A DNA stretch of 32,701 nt from Alphaproteobacteria bacterium (GTDB taxonomy: Bacteria; Pseudomonadota; Alphaproteobacteria; GCA-2731375): the NCBI GenBank assembly GCA_965225945.1, contig CBDDBZ010000013.1, positions 1-32,701 of the forward strand, given 5' to 3'. Shown piece by piece: positions 17,935 through 28,767 of the stretch. The notes beneath the pieces are model-generated. The model saw only the letters and a list, made by a program, of their open reading frames with translations, was not told the origin of the DNA and did no database searches. Position 1 is the first letter of the stretch. Each line of letters opens with the position of its first letter. The position numbers and the translations under genes were made by a program.

Positions 17935-18951
17935 TTACGACGGACTCCCGGCGAGGAAGGCGGCCAGCGGTTCGCGCCATTTCCGCCACGCGGTTCGGGG
18001 CGCCGCGTGGCCGTGTTCGCTGTCGATCTCGTGATAGCGGGCGGTGACGCCGGCGCTCTCGAAGGCGGCCAGCGCCGGGGCCGCGAGCTTTGGCGGGAAC
18101 AGCGTGTCGGTGCGGGCGAGCACGTAGAGCACCGGGGCACGGATTTCGCCCAGGCGGGGCGTGATGTCGTGGCCGATGAGCGGCTTGCGCAGCGCCATCA
18201 AGGAATTGAGGTCGAACTCGGCCGCCCATGCGCGTGCCTGGTCGTCGAGCGCGCGCTCGGCCGCCGCCCGGTCGCCGAGGTCATCGACCAGCGCTTCGTC
18301 GGCGCCGTAGCCGCGAAGCGTCTCCAGGCGGATCTCGACCAACAGGTCGCGGATGCCGCCCGCCTCCTCGTTGCCGTAATAGTGCCCGCCGTTCCAGCCC
18401 GGGCAGGTGGCGAAGCGGGCTTCCATCTCGCGCAACAGGTCGGGCGATCCCCGGCCCTTGAAGCCACTGGCGACGACGACGAGGCGTGCCATCCAGTCCG
18501 CGAAGTCGGCGCCCCATTGCAGGGTCAGATAGCCGCCATAGGAATAGCCGACGATGGCGTGCAGCCGGCCGACGCCGAGGTCGTCCAGCATCAGGACCTG
18601 CGCCCGGACCATGTCGGCGAGCGAGAGGTCGGGGAAGTCCGGGCCGTAGGGGCGGCTGGTGGCGGGATCGAGGCTGCGCGGGCCGGTACTGCCGTGGGCC
18701 GAGCCCGGCATGTTGGCGCAGACGATGAACCAGCGCTCCGTATCCAGCGTCTTGCCCGGGCCGATCAAGCCGTCCCACCAGGTGCCGGCCTTTTGGCTGC
18801 TGGTGTAGCCGTGGCAAACCAGGATGGCGTTGTCGCCCGCCGTCGAGAGCGTGCCGTAGGTCTCGTAGGCGAGTGTCATCTCGGCCAGGCCGCCGCCGCG
18901 GGCCAGGGCGAAATCGGGAGAGGTAAAGGTAGCGGCGGTCGTGTTCGTCAT
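17935..18951 (-). CDS. Homoserine O-acetyltransferase (MetX)-like alpha/beta hydrolase, 338 aa
   Basis: LAYETYGTL, LVCHG, WWDGLIGPGKTLDT, GSTGPRS, GYSYGG, DSEHGH. Confidence 0.88.
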   Translation of the reverse strand: MTNTTAATFTSPDFALARGGGLAEMTLAYETYGTLSTAGDNAILVCHGYTSSQKAGTWWDGLIGPGKTLDTERWFIVCANMPGSAHGSTGPRSLDPATSRPYGPDFPDLSLADMVRAQVLMLDDLGVGRLHAIVGYSYGGYLTLQWGADFADWMARLVVVASGFKGRGSPDLLREMEARFATCPGWNGGHYYGNEEAGGIRDLLVEIRLETLRGYGADEALVDDLGDRAAAERALDDQARAWAAEFDLNSLMALRKPLIGHDITPRLGEIRAPVLYVLARTDTLFPPKLAAPALAAFESAGVTARYHEIDSEHGHAAPRTAWRKWREPLAAFLAGSPS

Positions 18952-18954
18952 CGT

Positions 18955-19761
18955 TCAGGCTCCAGTGAAGGCGTCGAGGCCGTCACGCAGCAGGGCGTTG
19001 AACGCGGCCGGCACCTCGACGTTCGAGAAGTGGCGCTGGCCCTCGATCACGTGCAGCTCGGAGCCCTGGATTCCGTCACGGATCTCCTCCGCCCGTTCGG
19101 GCGGCGTCGCGGGATCGGCGCCGGCGGCGATGATCCGTGTCGGCGCCTGGATTCGATGCAGCGAGCCCCGGTAGTCGAGGTCGGCCACGGCCGAGGTGGC
19201 GCCGAGGTAGCCGGCGACGGGGGTTCGAACGAAGACCTCGCGAACGGCCTCATAGTCCGCGCCTCCGGTGTCGACATAGGCGTCGGTGAACCAGAGCCGC
19301 CTGGTCATCTCCCAAACCGGGTCCATGCCGCCCTGGCGCACCACCGCCTGGCGTTCCGCCACCCACTCGCGGTACCAGGGCGTCGACTGCGAGGTCGTGT
19401 TGCAGAGGCCAAGGGAGGCAATCCGTTCGGGGTGGTGGATGGCGAGCCCCTGGCCGATCATCCCACCGGTCGAGATGCCGACCCAATGCACCTTGTCCAG
19501 GCCCAGGGCATCCATCAGGCCGACCGCGTCTTCGACGAACTGGGCGAGCGTATAGGCGCCCTCCGGCGCGTCGGTGTCGCCATGGCCCCGCCAGTCGTAG
19601 CGCAGCAGTCGGTATCGGTCGCCGAGCGCCGGCACCTGATGGTCCCAGATCCGGTGGCTGGTGCCCATGGCATGCGCCATCATCACCACCGGGCCATCGG
19701 CCGCCCCGTCCCAGCGATGGGCGACGTCGATATCGCCGACGCCGATTTTCTCGATCCCCAT
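18955..19761 (-). CDS. 3-oxoadipate enol-lactonase (PcaD)-like alpha/beta hydrolase, 268 aa
   Basis: RYDWRGHG, GISTGG, GADPATPP, HFSNVE. Confidence 0.9.
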   Translation of the reverse strand: MGIEKIGVGDIDVAHRWDGAADGPVVMMAHAMGTSHRIWDHQVPALGDRYRLLRYDWRGHGDTDAPEGAYTLAQFVEDAVGLMDALGLDKVHWVGISTGGMIGQGLAIHHPERIASLGLCNTTSQSTPWYREWVAERQAVVRQGGMDPVWEMTRRLWFTDAYVDTGGADYEAVREVFVRTPVAGYLGATSAVADLDYRGSLHRIQAPTRIIAAGADPATPPERAEEIRDGIQGSELHVIEGQRHFSNVEVPAAFNALLRDGLDAFTGA

Positions 19762-19833
19762 GACCCCTCGCTCCGGCGCGTGGCAATCGCTAAGGTCGGC
19801 GCGCCGACGGGACGTTAGGAGAAAGGGGCGGCG

Positions 19834-20634
19834 GTGACAATTCGACGGATCGACGCGGGCGAGATCCAGATGGCCCATGAGTTCACCGGGCCCGAGACCG
19901 CGCCCGTGGTTTGCCTCAACCACTGTTTCGGCGCCGGCCTCGACTATTGGCGGCCGCACCTGCCGGCCTTCGCGGGCTTTCGCGTGCTGCGCTGGGACAC
20001 CCGGGGCCACGGCGGAAGCGATGCGCCGCCCGTGCCCTACACGCTCGAGACGCTGGCGGCCGACGTCGCCGGCCTGCTGGACGCGCTTTGTATCGACCGC
20101 GTCCACTTCTGCGGCGTTTCCCTCGGCGGGCAGATCGGCCAGACCTTCGCGCTCCGCTGGCCGGAGCGCGTCGCCTCGCTCATGCTCGTCAATACGACCT
20201 CCGAATACGAGGAGGCGCAGCTCGCGCTCTGGGGCGAGCGGGCCCGACAGGTGCTGGCGGGCGGCATCGAGCCGGTGCACGCGCCCCTGATGTCGCGTTG
20301 GTTCACGGACAGGGCGGCGGCGGAGCGGATCCCCGGCTACCTCTACATGGAACGAAAGATCCGCGAGTTCTGGCCCGAGAGCTTCGCCGCCGTGGTCGAG
20401 GCGTTGCGCGGGCTCCACACCACGCCGCGCCTGCCCGAGATCGCGGCGCCGACCCTCGTCGTCGGCACGCCGGAGGATCCGGGCGCGCCGCGCAAGGTGA
20501 CGGAGACGATGGCCCGCCTGATCCCGAACGCCCGCCTCGAATGGCTGAGGCCCGCGCGCCACCTCTCGAGCCTGGAGCACCCGGAACGGTTCAACGAGTT
20601 GGTTCGCGATTTCCTCCGCGAACAACCCGGATGA
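19834..20634 (+). CDS. PcaD-like alpha/beta hydrolase, 266 aa
   Basis: RWDTRGHG, GVSLGG, EDPGAP, HLSSLEHPERF. Confidence 0.9.
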   Translation: MTIRRIDAGEIQMAHEFTGPETAPVVCLNHCFGAGLDYWRPHLPAFAGFRVLRWDTRGHGGSDAPPVPYTLETLAADVAGLLDALCIDRVHFCGVSLGGQIGQTFALRWPERVASLMLVNTTSEYEEAQLALWGERARQVLAGGIEPVHAPLMSRWFTDRAAAERIPGYLYMERKIREFWPESFAAVVEALRGLHTTPRLPEIAAPTLVVGTPEDPGAPRKVTETMARLIPNARLEWLRPARHLSSLEHPERFNELVRDFLREQPG

Positions 20635-20676
20635 CCGCGCGAACCGGTGGCGCGGTACCGATATCGAGCCCGGCCG

Positions 20677-21375
20677 TCATCGCGCGAACAGAAACAACCG
20701 GTTCCCCGAGCGGTCGAACTCGAAGCGATAGCCGTCGAGGAAACTCATGCCCAGCAGGGCCTTGCCGCCCATTTGGGCGTCGTCGATGAACGAGACGAGG
20801 ACCTCGTGCCTAAGCGCCCGGCCGATCGCCACGGCTTGCAGCCGGCCGATTTGCGTCGCCACCTGGCCGCCCGCCGTGTGCGCCATGCCCGGCGACAGCT
20901 CCTCCGGCAGGAAGCCCAGCCGGTCGATCCACGAGGCCGGCAGCACCACGCTCGTCGCGCCCGTGTCGACGATCAGCCGCAGGTCGTGCGCCGTGCCGTC
21001 GGGGCCCGTCAGCCGGGCCGCCACCACGTGGTGCGACCCCAGGCGCTCGGTTTCCACGACGATGCCACGTGGCACCGTGTCCGGGTCCGGCTTGGCGCCG
21101 AGGATGACGATCTTGGCGATGGCGCCGTCGGGTCCATGGCGGATGACGTGATTGTGGCCCGCGAGCAGGGTCCCGACCTCCGCCTCGACGTCATTGCCGC
21201 CGGCGACGACCGAAGCTTCGCCCCGGAGGCGGTCGACGCCGACGATGGTGAAGCCGTGTTCCCGCGCCAGGCCGGCGAGGCGTTCGGCCAGGCTCGTCTC
21301 GGCGGCGACGGCCGGCCCGGCGAGCAGCGCCAGCCAAAGGGCGATGAAGAGCGCGCGGGTCGGGGCTCGCGTCAT
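20677..21375 (-). CDS. Secreted retropepsin-like (clan AA) aspartic protease, 232 aa
   Basis: Signal peptide ending AVAA; LIVDTGAT, HTAGG, ALLGMSFL. ATGA overlap with the upstream TauD-family gene. Confidence 0.88.
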   Translation of the reverse strand: MTRAPTRALFIALWLALLAGPAVAAETSLAERLAGLAREHGFTIVGVDRLRGEASVVAGGNDVEAEVGTLLAGHNHVIRHGPDGAIAKIVILGAKPDPDTVPRGIVVETERLGSHHVVAARLTGPDGTAHDLRLIVDTGATSVVLPASWIDRLGFLPEELSPGMAHTAGGQVATQIGRLQAVAIGRALRHEVLVSFIDDAQMGGKALLGMSFLDGYRFEFDRSGNRLFLFAR

Positions 21376-22226
21376 CCGGCGATCTGGGTGCGCCGCATGT
21401 GCCGGGTGCCGCCCTGGGCGTCGTTGATCGCCAAGTGCAGGCTGCAGCGGTTGTCCCAGAAGGCGATCGAGCCCGCCCGCCAGCGAAAGCGGCAGGTGAA
21501 TTCGGGCCGCCGGGCGTGCGCATGGAGATAGTCGAGGATCGGGCGGCTCTCCTCCACCGTCATGCCGTCGATCCGGTGGACGTAGACCTCGTTGACGGAG
21601 AGGCAATTGCGGCCGGTTTCCGGGTGTGCGCGGACGATTGGATGGATGTGCTCGGTCGGATGCCAGTCGTCGTCCTCCCGCACCTTGGTCGATCGGGTGG
21701 CGTTGACGCCCGCCTTGGGCCCGGCGACGCGGGTATCGTTGTGCACGGCCTTCAAGGTTTCGATCAACGCCTTCATGCCGTCCGAGAGGCTCTCGTAGGC
21801 GAGGTACTGGTTGGCGAAGAGCGTGTCGCCGCCGACCTCGGGCACCTCGAGCGCATAGAGGATGGCGCCCATCGGCGGCGTCGCCATCATCGTCGTATCG
21901 GCGTGCCACTTGCCGCCGGCGACGGTGCGGTCCTCGGGCTCGCGCAGCAGATGGACGATCTCCGGCTCCGCCTGGCCCATGTCATAGTTAGGATGGATGA
22001 AGAGTTCGCCGAAGCGCCGCGTGAAGGCCCGGTGGCGCTCGACGTCGAGTTTCTGGTCGCGAAAGAAGATCACCAGATAATCCAGCAACGCCTGGCGGAT
22101 CTCGGCGATGGTCTCGTCGTCCAGCTCCGCCGCCACGTCGACATCGAAGATCTCGGCCCCAATGGTGCCGCCGAGCGGCTTCACCGAGATCCGCGAATAG
22201 CCGCTCGCCTCGCGTGCCTGAAGCAT
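21372..22226 (-). CDS. TauD/TfdA-family Fe(II)/2-oxoglutarate dioxygenase, 284 aa
   Basis: IGAEI, VIFFRDQ, WHADTT, GGDTLFAN, HPIVRAHPETGR, WDNRCSLH. AAGGAG RBS. Confidence 0.95.
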   Translation of the reverse strand: MLQAREASGYSRISVKPLGGTIGAEIFDVDVAAELDDETIAEIRQALLDYLVIFFRDQKLDVERHRAFTRRFGELFIHPNYDMGQAEPEIVHLLREPEDRTVAGGKWHADTTMMATPPMGAILYALEVPEVGGDTLFANQYLAYESLSDGMKALIETLKAVHNDTRVAGPKAGVNATRSTKVREDDDWHPTEHIHPIVRAHPETGRNCLSVNEVYVHRIDGMTVEESRPILDYLHAHARRPEFTCRFRWRAGSIAFWDNRCSLHLAINDAQGGTRHMRRTQIAG

Positions 22227-22310
22227 TGCCGGTTCTCCTTGGCATTCCTCGCCTGGGAGGGTATCGCAGCCGGGCCCCGGCGAGAAGACCAAGCTTGAGC
22301 CGGAACCAGG

Positions 22311-23171
22311 ATGGGCGATAGGCTTGCCACAATGTTGAGCGAACGAGAAATTGCCAGCCATGGTGACGACGGCCTCGTCATTCCAAAGGGCTTCCGGCTT
22401 TCCATTGACGAGGTCCAACGGCTGAGCCGGGCGGTCGATGATGCCGTCCGTGACAATCCCGAGACGCCGGCCGATCACCTCTACAACCTGCACATGGACG
22501 CGGCCCCACCCTTCGCCAACAAGGGCAATCCGGCCTTCACCTACTTGGTCCGGAATCCGGAAATCCTCGACCTGGTGGGGCAGTTGATCGGCCCGGACAT
22601 CATCCTCTGGACGACGCAGCTTTTCTGCAAGCCGCCGGCGGTCGGGCGCGAGCTGCCGTGGCACCAGGATGGGCACTATTGGCCGATCCGCCCGCTTGCG
22701 ACCTGCACTGCCTGGGTCGCCTTCGACGATACGAACATTGCCAACGGCGCCATGCGTTATATCCCGGGCTCCCACAAGCAGGGCGACTTCGGCCACGGGA
22801 CCGACCGCGATCCCCGCCTCACTTTGCATCAGGTGATCGACGACGAGAAGATGGACGAGGCGAAGGCCCACTACGTTGAACTCGAAGCCGGACAAATCTC
22901 GCTGCACGATGTGCACCTCGTGCATGGCTCGGCCGCCAACACGTCTGGCCACCGCCGCGCCGGCATCGCCATCCGCTACATGCCCGCGACCTCGGTGTTC
23001 CGCCGCGACCTCGACATGAGCGTCAACAGTCGCCTCGAGTGGACCGACCTGCCGATCACCTTGGTCAGGGGCGAGAACCGGCAAACGGAAAACGATCTGG
23101 TGGTCGGCCATCCCGCGAGAGGGAGAGGAAACATGTCTCGGGTACTGAGTGACGAACAGATCGAACGTTAA
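22311..23171 (+). CDS. Phytanoyl-CoA dioxygenase (PhyH)-family protein; last 12 aa read into the next gene remnant
   Basis: PWHQDG, TAWVAFDD, NGAMRYIPGSH, HGSAANTSGHRR. Confidence 0.92.
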   Translation: MGDRLATMLSEREIASHGDDGLVIPKGFRLSIDEVQRLSRAVDDAVRDNPETPADHLYNLHMDAAPPFANKGNPAFTYLVRNPEILDLVGQLIGPDIILWTTQLFCKPPAVGRELPWHQDGHYWPIRPLATCTAWVAFDDTNIANGAMRYIPGSHKQGDFGHGTDRDPRLTLHQVIDDEKMDEAKAHYVELEAGQISLHDVHLVHGSAANTSGHRRAGIAIRYMPATSVFRRDLDMSVNSRLEWTDLPITLVRGENRQTENDLVVGHPARGRGNMSRVLSDEQIER

Positions 23172-23267
23172 CGCGAGGACGGCTTCGTCGCTCCGGGTCC
23201 GGTACTCGACGCCGAGGAGGTTGCCACCTACCGCGCCGGCCTCGAGGCGTTCGAACGGGTGCCCTAA
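23133..23267 (+). pseudogene. N-terminal remnant of a second PhyH-family gene
   Basis: GAGGA RBS then MSRVLSDEQIER*REDGFVAPGPVLDAEEVATYRAGLEAFE. Confidence 0.7.
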
Positions 23268-23271
23268 CCCA

Positions 23272-23754
23272 CTATCGAATAGCCGCCCCCGTCACCACCG
23301 AGGTTCCGTCTTCGATCCCCAGGTACATGCCGTCTCCTTCTTCCTCGCCCCTTGGATCAGCCGGAACAGACGCTCCGGCGTGATCGGCAGTTCCATGATC
23401 TCGATTCCGGCCGACCATCGCCGCCGCGCCGGCCAGGGCGAAATCGCCGGCCCGGTGGGAAAATTCCTCGAAGCCCCAGCCTATTCCCTTCGGCGGCGGA
23501 GGAATTTCGATGCCGACCAGGAACTCGTCGTCGGCCAGCGCGGTCTCCAGGGCGTCGGCGAAGAAGTCGCGGGCTTGAATCGTCCGTGCCCCGGCCGGCC
23601 CCCTGGCGGTCAGCCGCGCGTCGAGAAGGAGCATCATCGTCGGCGGTTCGGCCGCCGGATCGCCATGCGCCAGGCTGCCGCCGTGTTCGCCGAGGAAGGC
23701 AATCACCTCCTCGAGGCTCTCGGGCGCGACGTAGTCGAAGGGTGGCGGCTTCAT
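23272..23754 (-). pseudogene. Collapsed molybdenum-hydroxylase locus: CoxM-like FAD subunit pieces, CoxL-like C-terminus and an SDR start
   Basis: MKPPPFDYVAPESLEE...EHG|GSLAHGDPAAE...RAGDFALAG; then, in another frame, GIEIMELPITPERLFRLI; then AAGGAG + MYLGIEDGTSVVTGAA at 23328. Confidence 0.8.
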
Positions 23755-23932
23755 CGGGGGTCGGCCCGGGGCGAGGACGCGGGAGCGAAAGTCTTAATAC
23801 CAACCCGCAATGAGAGGGACTAATCGCGGATTGTCAGGCGTTCAGATGCCTCGCGGGCTTTTCCTCGCACAAGCTCGGTCGCGCGGTCGCGCTTGCCGAC
23901 CCGCGATGAGTTGCACGCAACGCAGGTCGGAA

Positions 23933-25021
23933 TTACGGCACGGGCCCCTGGATGTCACCAGACCGCGCCCCGACGAAGTGCTTCGGCAGATGCGCCATGG
24001 AGACCAAGTTGCCGATCAGGTTGCGCACCGGTAGCGCTGGCCAGAAGCAGCCGGGCCTGGGGGTGGTCCGACCGGAGGCCGACGCGCTTTCGAGCGCCGC
24101 CGCGACGCGCCGCATGTATCCGGGCCCGTGCGGCCAGGCGGCCAGGCCGTCGATCCAGTCCCTCGGGATGCCCGCTTCGCCAACCGTGGCGCCGGCGATC
24201 GCGCCGGCGATCGCGGCCACGGTGTCGGTATCGCCGCCGCAATCCAGGACCTCGCGCACCGTCGCCTCGAAATCTCCCCAATGGGTATGCCAGGCATGGA
24301 TCGCCACCGGCACCGTGTGGTTGATGAAACCCGTCACCGCCTCGCCGAGGCCGAGGGAGGCGGCGAATTCCGCCACCGAAAGCCCCGCCTCCGCCGCGCT
24401 TTCAATCGCCTCGCAAAGCCCCGCCCACTCCACGTCGTCCGGTCCGGCCGACCGCAAGGCCGCATTGAGGGTGTCGACATCGGGGCGGTCGTCGGTGTTC
24501 AACGCGGCGACGAGGGCGATGGCGCGCGCGCCGACCAGCGCGCGGGGATCAGTGTGCGTCATCAGCGTGCCGGCCGCGACGAAATCACCGAGACGGTCCG
24601 CATCGTCGGCAAAAAAGGCGCCGATCACGGCGCTTCGCATCGCCGGGCCGTTGCCGGCGGAGTGAATCCCGCTGCGCCCGGGGCCGAAACCGAGCCAGAG
24701 GCGGAGGACGGCGAGATAGGTGGCGCGGCCGGCCCCGACGGGGAGGCCCGCGAGCCAGCCGCGCAGGCGCCAGGCCAGATCGCGCTCGAAATCGTCGCGC
24801 CCGCGTGGCGCGGCCGTCAACGACAGGGCGACCAGGAGCGTGTGGTCCGTGTCGTCGCTGACGAAACCCCGGCCGAGGAGGAACCGATGGCGCCACCGGC
24901 CCTGGCGCAGGCGGGCGAGCTGTCCGCGCGTCAGGCCCTCGAACGGCAGGCCCAGGGCATCGCCGACCGCGGTGCCGAGGATCAGGCCTCGAAAACGCTC
25001 CTCGCGGGTCAGGGGGCGCAT
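23933..25021 (-). CDS. ADP-ribosylglycohydrolase (DraG/ARH family), 362 aa
   Basis: GTAVGDALG, SDDTD, GNGPAMR, TH, GGDTDTVAAIAGA. Confidence 0.93.
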   Translation of the reverse strand: MRPLTREERFRGLILGTAVGDALGLPFEGLTRGQLARLRQGRWRHRFLLGRGFVSDDTDHTLLVALSLTAAPRGRDDFERDLAWRLRGWLAGLPVGAGRATYLAVLRLWLGFGPGRSGIHSAGNGPAMRSAVIGAFFADDADRLGDFVAAGTLMTHTDPRALVGARAIALVAALNTDDRPDVDTLNAALRSAGPDDVEWAGLCEAIESAAEAGLSVAEFAASLGLGEAVTGFINHTVPVAIHAWHTHWGDFEATVREVLDCGGDTDTVAAIAGAIAGATVGEAGIPRDWIDGLAAWPHGPGYMRRVAAALESASASGRTTPRPGCFWPALPVRNLIGNLVSMAHLPKHFVGARSGDIQGPVP

Positions 25022-25108
25022 CTTCCTCCGGCCGGCCGCCGCCGGGTCTGTTCATTCGGCCATGGGGACTCTATATAGCGCTTCGAAGCGCATCAATTCG
25101 GACCACCC

Positions 25109-26728
<1,620 letters not shown>

Positions 26729-26787
26729 GCGGTGGCGGGTGGTGAACCGAGGCAGCCTCGCCGCCGCCATCCCTCGAATGTCCAACG

Positions 26788-26806
26788 CGCGTATCACATC
26801 GGGCGC
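26788..26806 (+). repeat. 19-bp direct repeat CGCGTATCACATCGGGCGC, copy 1
   Basis: Identical to 27407-27425. Confidence 0.9.
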
Positions 26807-26875
26807 GTTGCCCCCTCCCTCATTTCCTTGGAATTATCGGGACGCGATTTGGTCTCGGATCGGAGGGAGCCAGGG

Positions 26876-27292
26876 ATGGCGGCGAGGCATATTTTGATCG
26901 TGGACGATGATATCGAGATTGGCGAGTCGATCGCCGGGATCGTCGAGGACATGGGATTCGAGGCGACGGCGGTGACTTCCGGCGCCGAATTCCGCGCCGC
27001 CTATGATGACCGGACCCCTGACGCCATTGTCATGGATATCGTGATGCCGGGCGAGGACGGGGTCGAGTTGCTCGGCTGGCTCACGGACTGTGATTGTCCG
27101 GCACCCGTGGTTCTCGTCAGCGGCTACGATCCGCTCTACCGCCGTTCCGCCCGCCTGTTGGGACAAGCCGGCGGCCTGACCGTCGCCGCGCTGGCGAAAC
27201 CGTTTCGAACCGGTGATCTGGAAGCCCTGCTCATGCGGTGGCATGCCGGCCTGGCCGGACCGATCATTCGCCCGGTCGCGCTTGCCGAGTGA
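26876..27292 (+). CDS. Single-domain response regulator (REC), 138 aa
   Basis: ILIVDDD, VMDIVMPGEDG, VSG, LAKPF. GGAGGG RBS. Confidence 0.93.
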   Translation: MAARHILIVDDDIEIGESIAGIVEDMGFEATAVTSGAEFRAAYDDRTPDAIVMDIVMPGEDGVELLGWLTDCDCPAPVVLVSGYDPLYRRSARLLGQAGGLTVAALAKPFRTGDLEALLMRWHAGLAGPIIRPVALAE

Positions 27293-27406
27293 CGATGCAT
27301 CGAACACGTCGTCGCTCGTTACGACGATAATGAACGTGCGGCGAACGAAGCCGGCGATGCAATACGCCGGCCTGTCGCGGTTCGACGGCGGCAAGCCCGG
27401 GAAACT

Positions 27407-27425
27407 CGCGTATCACATCGGGCGC
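27407..27425 (+). repeat. 19-bp direct repeat, copy 2
   Basis: Identical to 26788-26806. Confidence 0.9.
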
Positions 27426-27430
27426 CTGCC

Positions 27431-28609
27431 TCAATTCGCACGCAAAATCCGCCGCGCCAGCGCCCAGCGGTGCACTTCCGAGGGGCCGTCGTAGATCCGG
27501 AAGGCGCGGATGTCCTTGTAGATCTTCTGCACCACCGTCTCGCCCGTGATCCCCCTGCCGCCCAGGACCTGGACCGAGCGGTCTACGACGCGGCCCAAGG
27601 CCTCCGAACAAAGCACCTTGGCCATCGAACTCTCCGTGCCGCCGCGTCCACCCTGGTCCAGCACCCAGGCGGCGTGCCAGATCGCGAGGCGGGAGGCGTG
27701 CAGGTCCATGTTATTGTCGGCCAATTGAAAGCCGACGCCCTCGTGCTCGCCGATCGGCTTGCCGAAGGCATGGCGATTGCGGGCATAGTCGACCGCGACA
27801 TCGTGGGCGCGGCGCGCCTGGCCGAGCCAGCGCATGCAGTGCGTCAGGCGGGCCGGCGCCAGGCGCACCTGGGCGTAGCGGAAGCCCTGGCCGACCTCGC
27901 CCAGGATGGCGGATTTCGGCACCCGCACGTCGTGATAGTCGACGATCGAGTGGCCGCCGGTGAGGTTGGTGTCCATCGTCTCCAGCACGCGGACGACCTC
28001 GGTGCCCGGCGCGTCGGCCTCGAACAGGAACATGGTGGCGCCGACGTCGCGGCCCGATGCATCCAGCGTCTTGGCCATGACGATCTGGAAGGCCGCCCCC
28101 AGCATGCCGGTGATCAGCCACTTCCGCCCGTTGATGACGTAGTCGCCGCCCTCCTCGCGCGCCGTGGTCTTCATCATCGAGGGGTCGGAGCCCGCGCCCC
28201 CGTCCGGCTCCGTCATCGAGAAGGCGGAGCGCACCTCGCCGGCCACCAAGGGGCGGAGGAAGCGTTCCTTCTGCGCCTTGTCGGCGATCTCCTCCAACAT
28301 GTGCATGTTGGCCTCGTCCGGGGCCGAGATGTTCAGGGCGTGGGCGCCGAGCGTCGAATAGCCGGCCTCCTCGAACACCACCGCCTTGCCGACGTGACCC
28401 AGACCCAGGCCGCCGAACTCGACCCCGCAATGGGGCGACAGCAGGCCGGCGGCGCGCGCCTTGGCCACGAGGTCGGCGCGGAGTTCGTCCGTCGGCCCAT
28501 GCTCGTCCTGGCGCGGATCGCCCTCCATCGGCATGATCTCGTCGCGGACGAACGCCGCCGTCCGCTGTTTCAGCTCCTCCAGCTCCGGCGACGGTTCGAA
28601 ATCGATCAT
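27431..28609 (-). CDS. Acyl-CoA dehydrogenase, 392 aa
   Basis: APDEANM, SAFSMTEPDGGAGSDP, INGRKWLITG, AQVRLAPARLTHCMR, RIYDGPSEVH. Confidence 0.96.
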   Translation of the reverse strand: MIDFEPSPELEELKQRTAAFVRDEIMPMEGDPRQDEHGPTDELRADLVAKARAAGLLSPHCGVEFGGLGLGHVGKAVVFEEAGYSTLGAHALNISAPDEANMHMLEEIADKAQKERFLRPLVAGEVRSAFSMTEPDGGAGSDPSMMKTTAREEGGDYVINGRKWLITGMLGAAFQIVMAKTLDASGRDVGATMFLFEADAPGTEVVRVLETMDTNLTGGHSIVDYHDVRVPKSAILGEVGQGFRYAQVRLAPARLTHCMRWLGQARRAHDVAVDYARNRHAFGKPIGEHEGVGFQLADNNMDLHASRLAIWHAAWVLDQGGRGGTESSMAKVLCSEALGRVVDRSVQVLGGRGITGETVVQKIYKDIRAFRIYDGPSEVHRWALARRILRAN

Positions 28610-28767
28610 CGGGCGCGCTCCTCGTCTTTTGGCCGGCCTTGATAGCATCGGCGGGGTGGCCGGCGAAAGCGGGGCGCCGCGCGACTTTCCCGCGCGCCCG
28701 TCCCGTGCTAAGCTCGGGACCGGACGCCGTCGCCCGGCGGCGTCTCCAAGCCTGGAAAGGTGGCCCC

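Noticed and set aside
16876-19818. 980-aa plus-strand ORF
   Set aside because: Antisense shadow of three well-supported minus-strand genes in high-GC DNA; no motifs.
22227-23111. Apparent 295-aa N-terminal extension of the TauD protein (579-aa ORF)
   Set aside because: It is the antisense of the PhyH gene; the real start has its own RBS at 22226. The same applies to the long versions of 18955-20625, 20677-21909 and 29793-31313.
23933-25021. ADP-ribosylglycohydrolase as an antitoxin or nitrogenase regulator
   Set aside because: No ADP-ribosyltransferase, draT or nif gene in the window.
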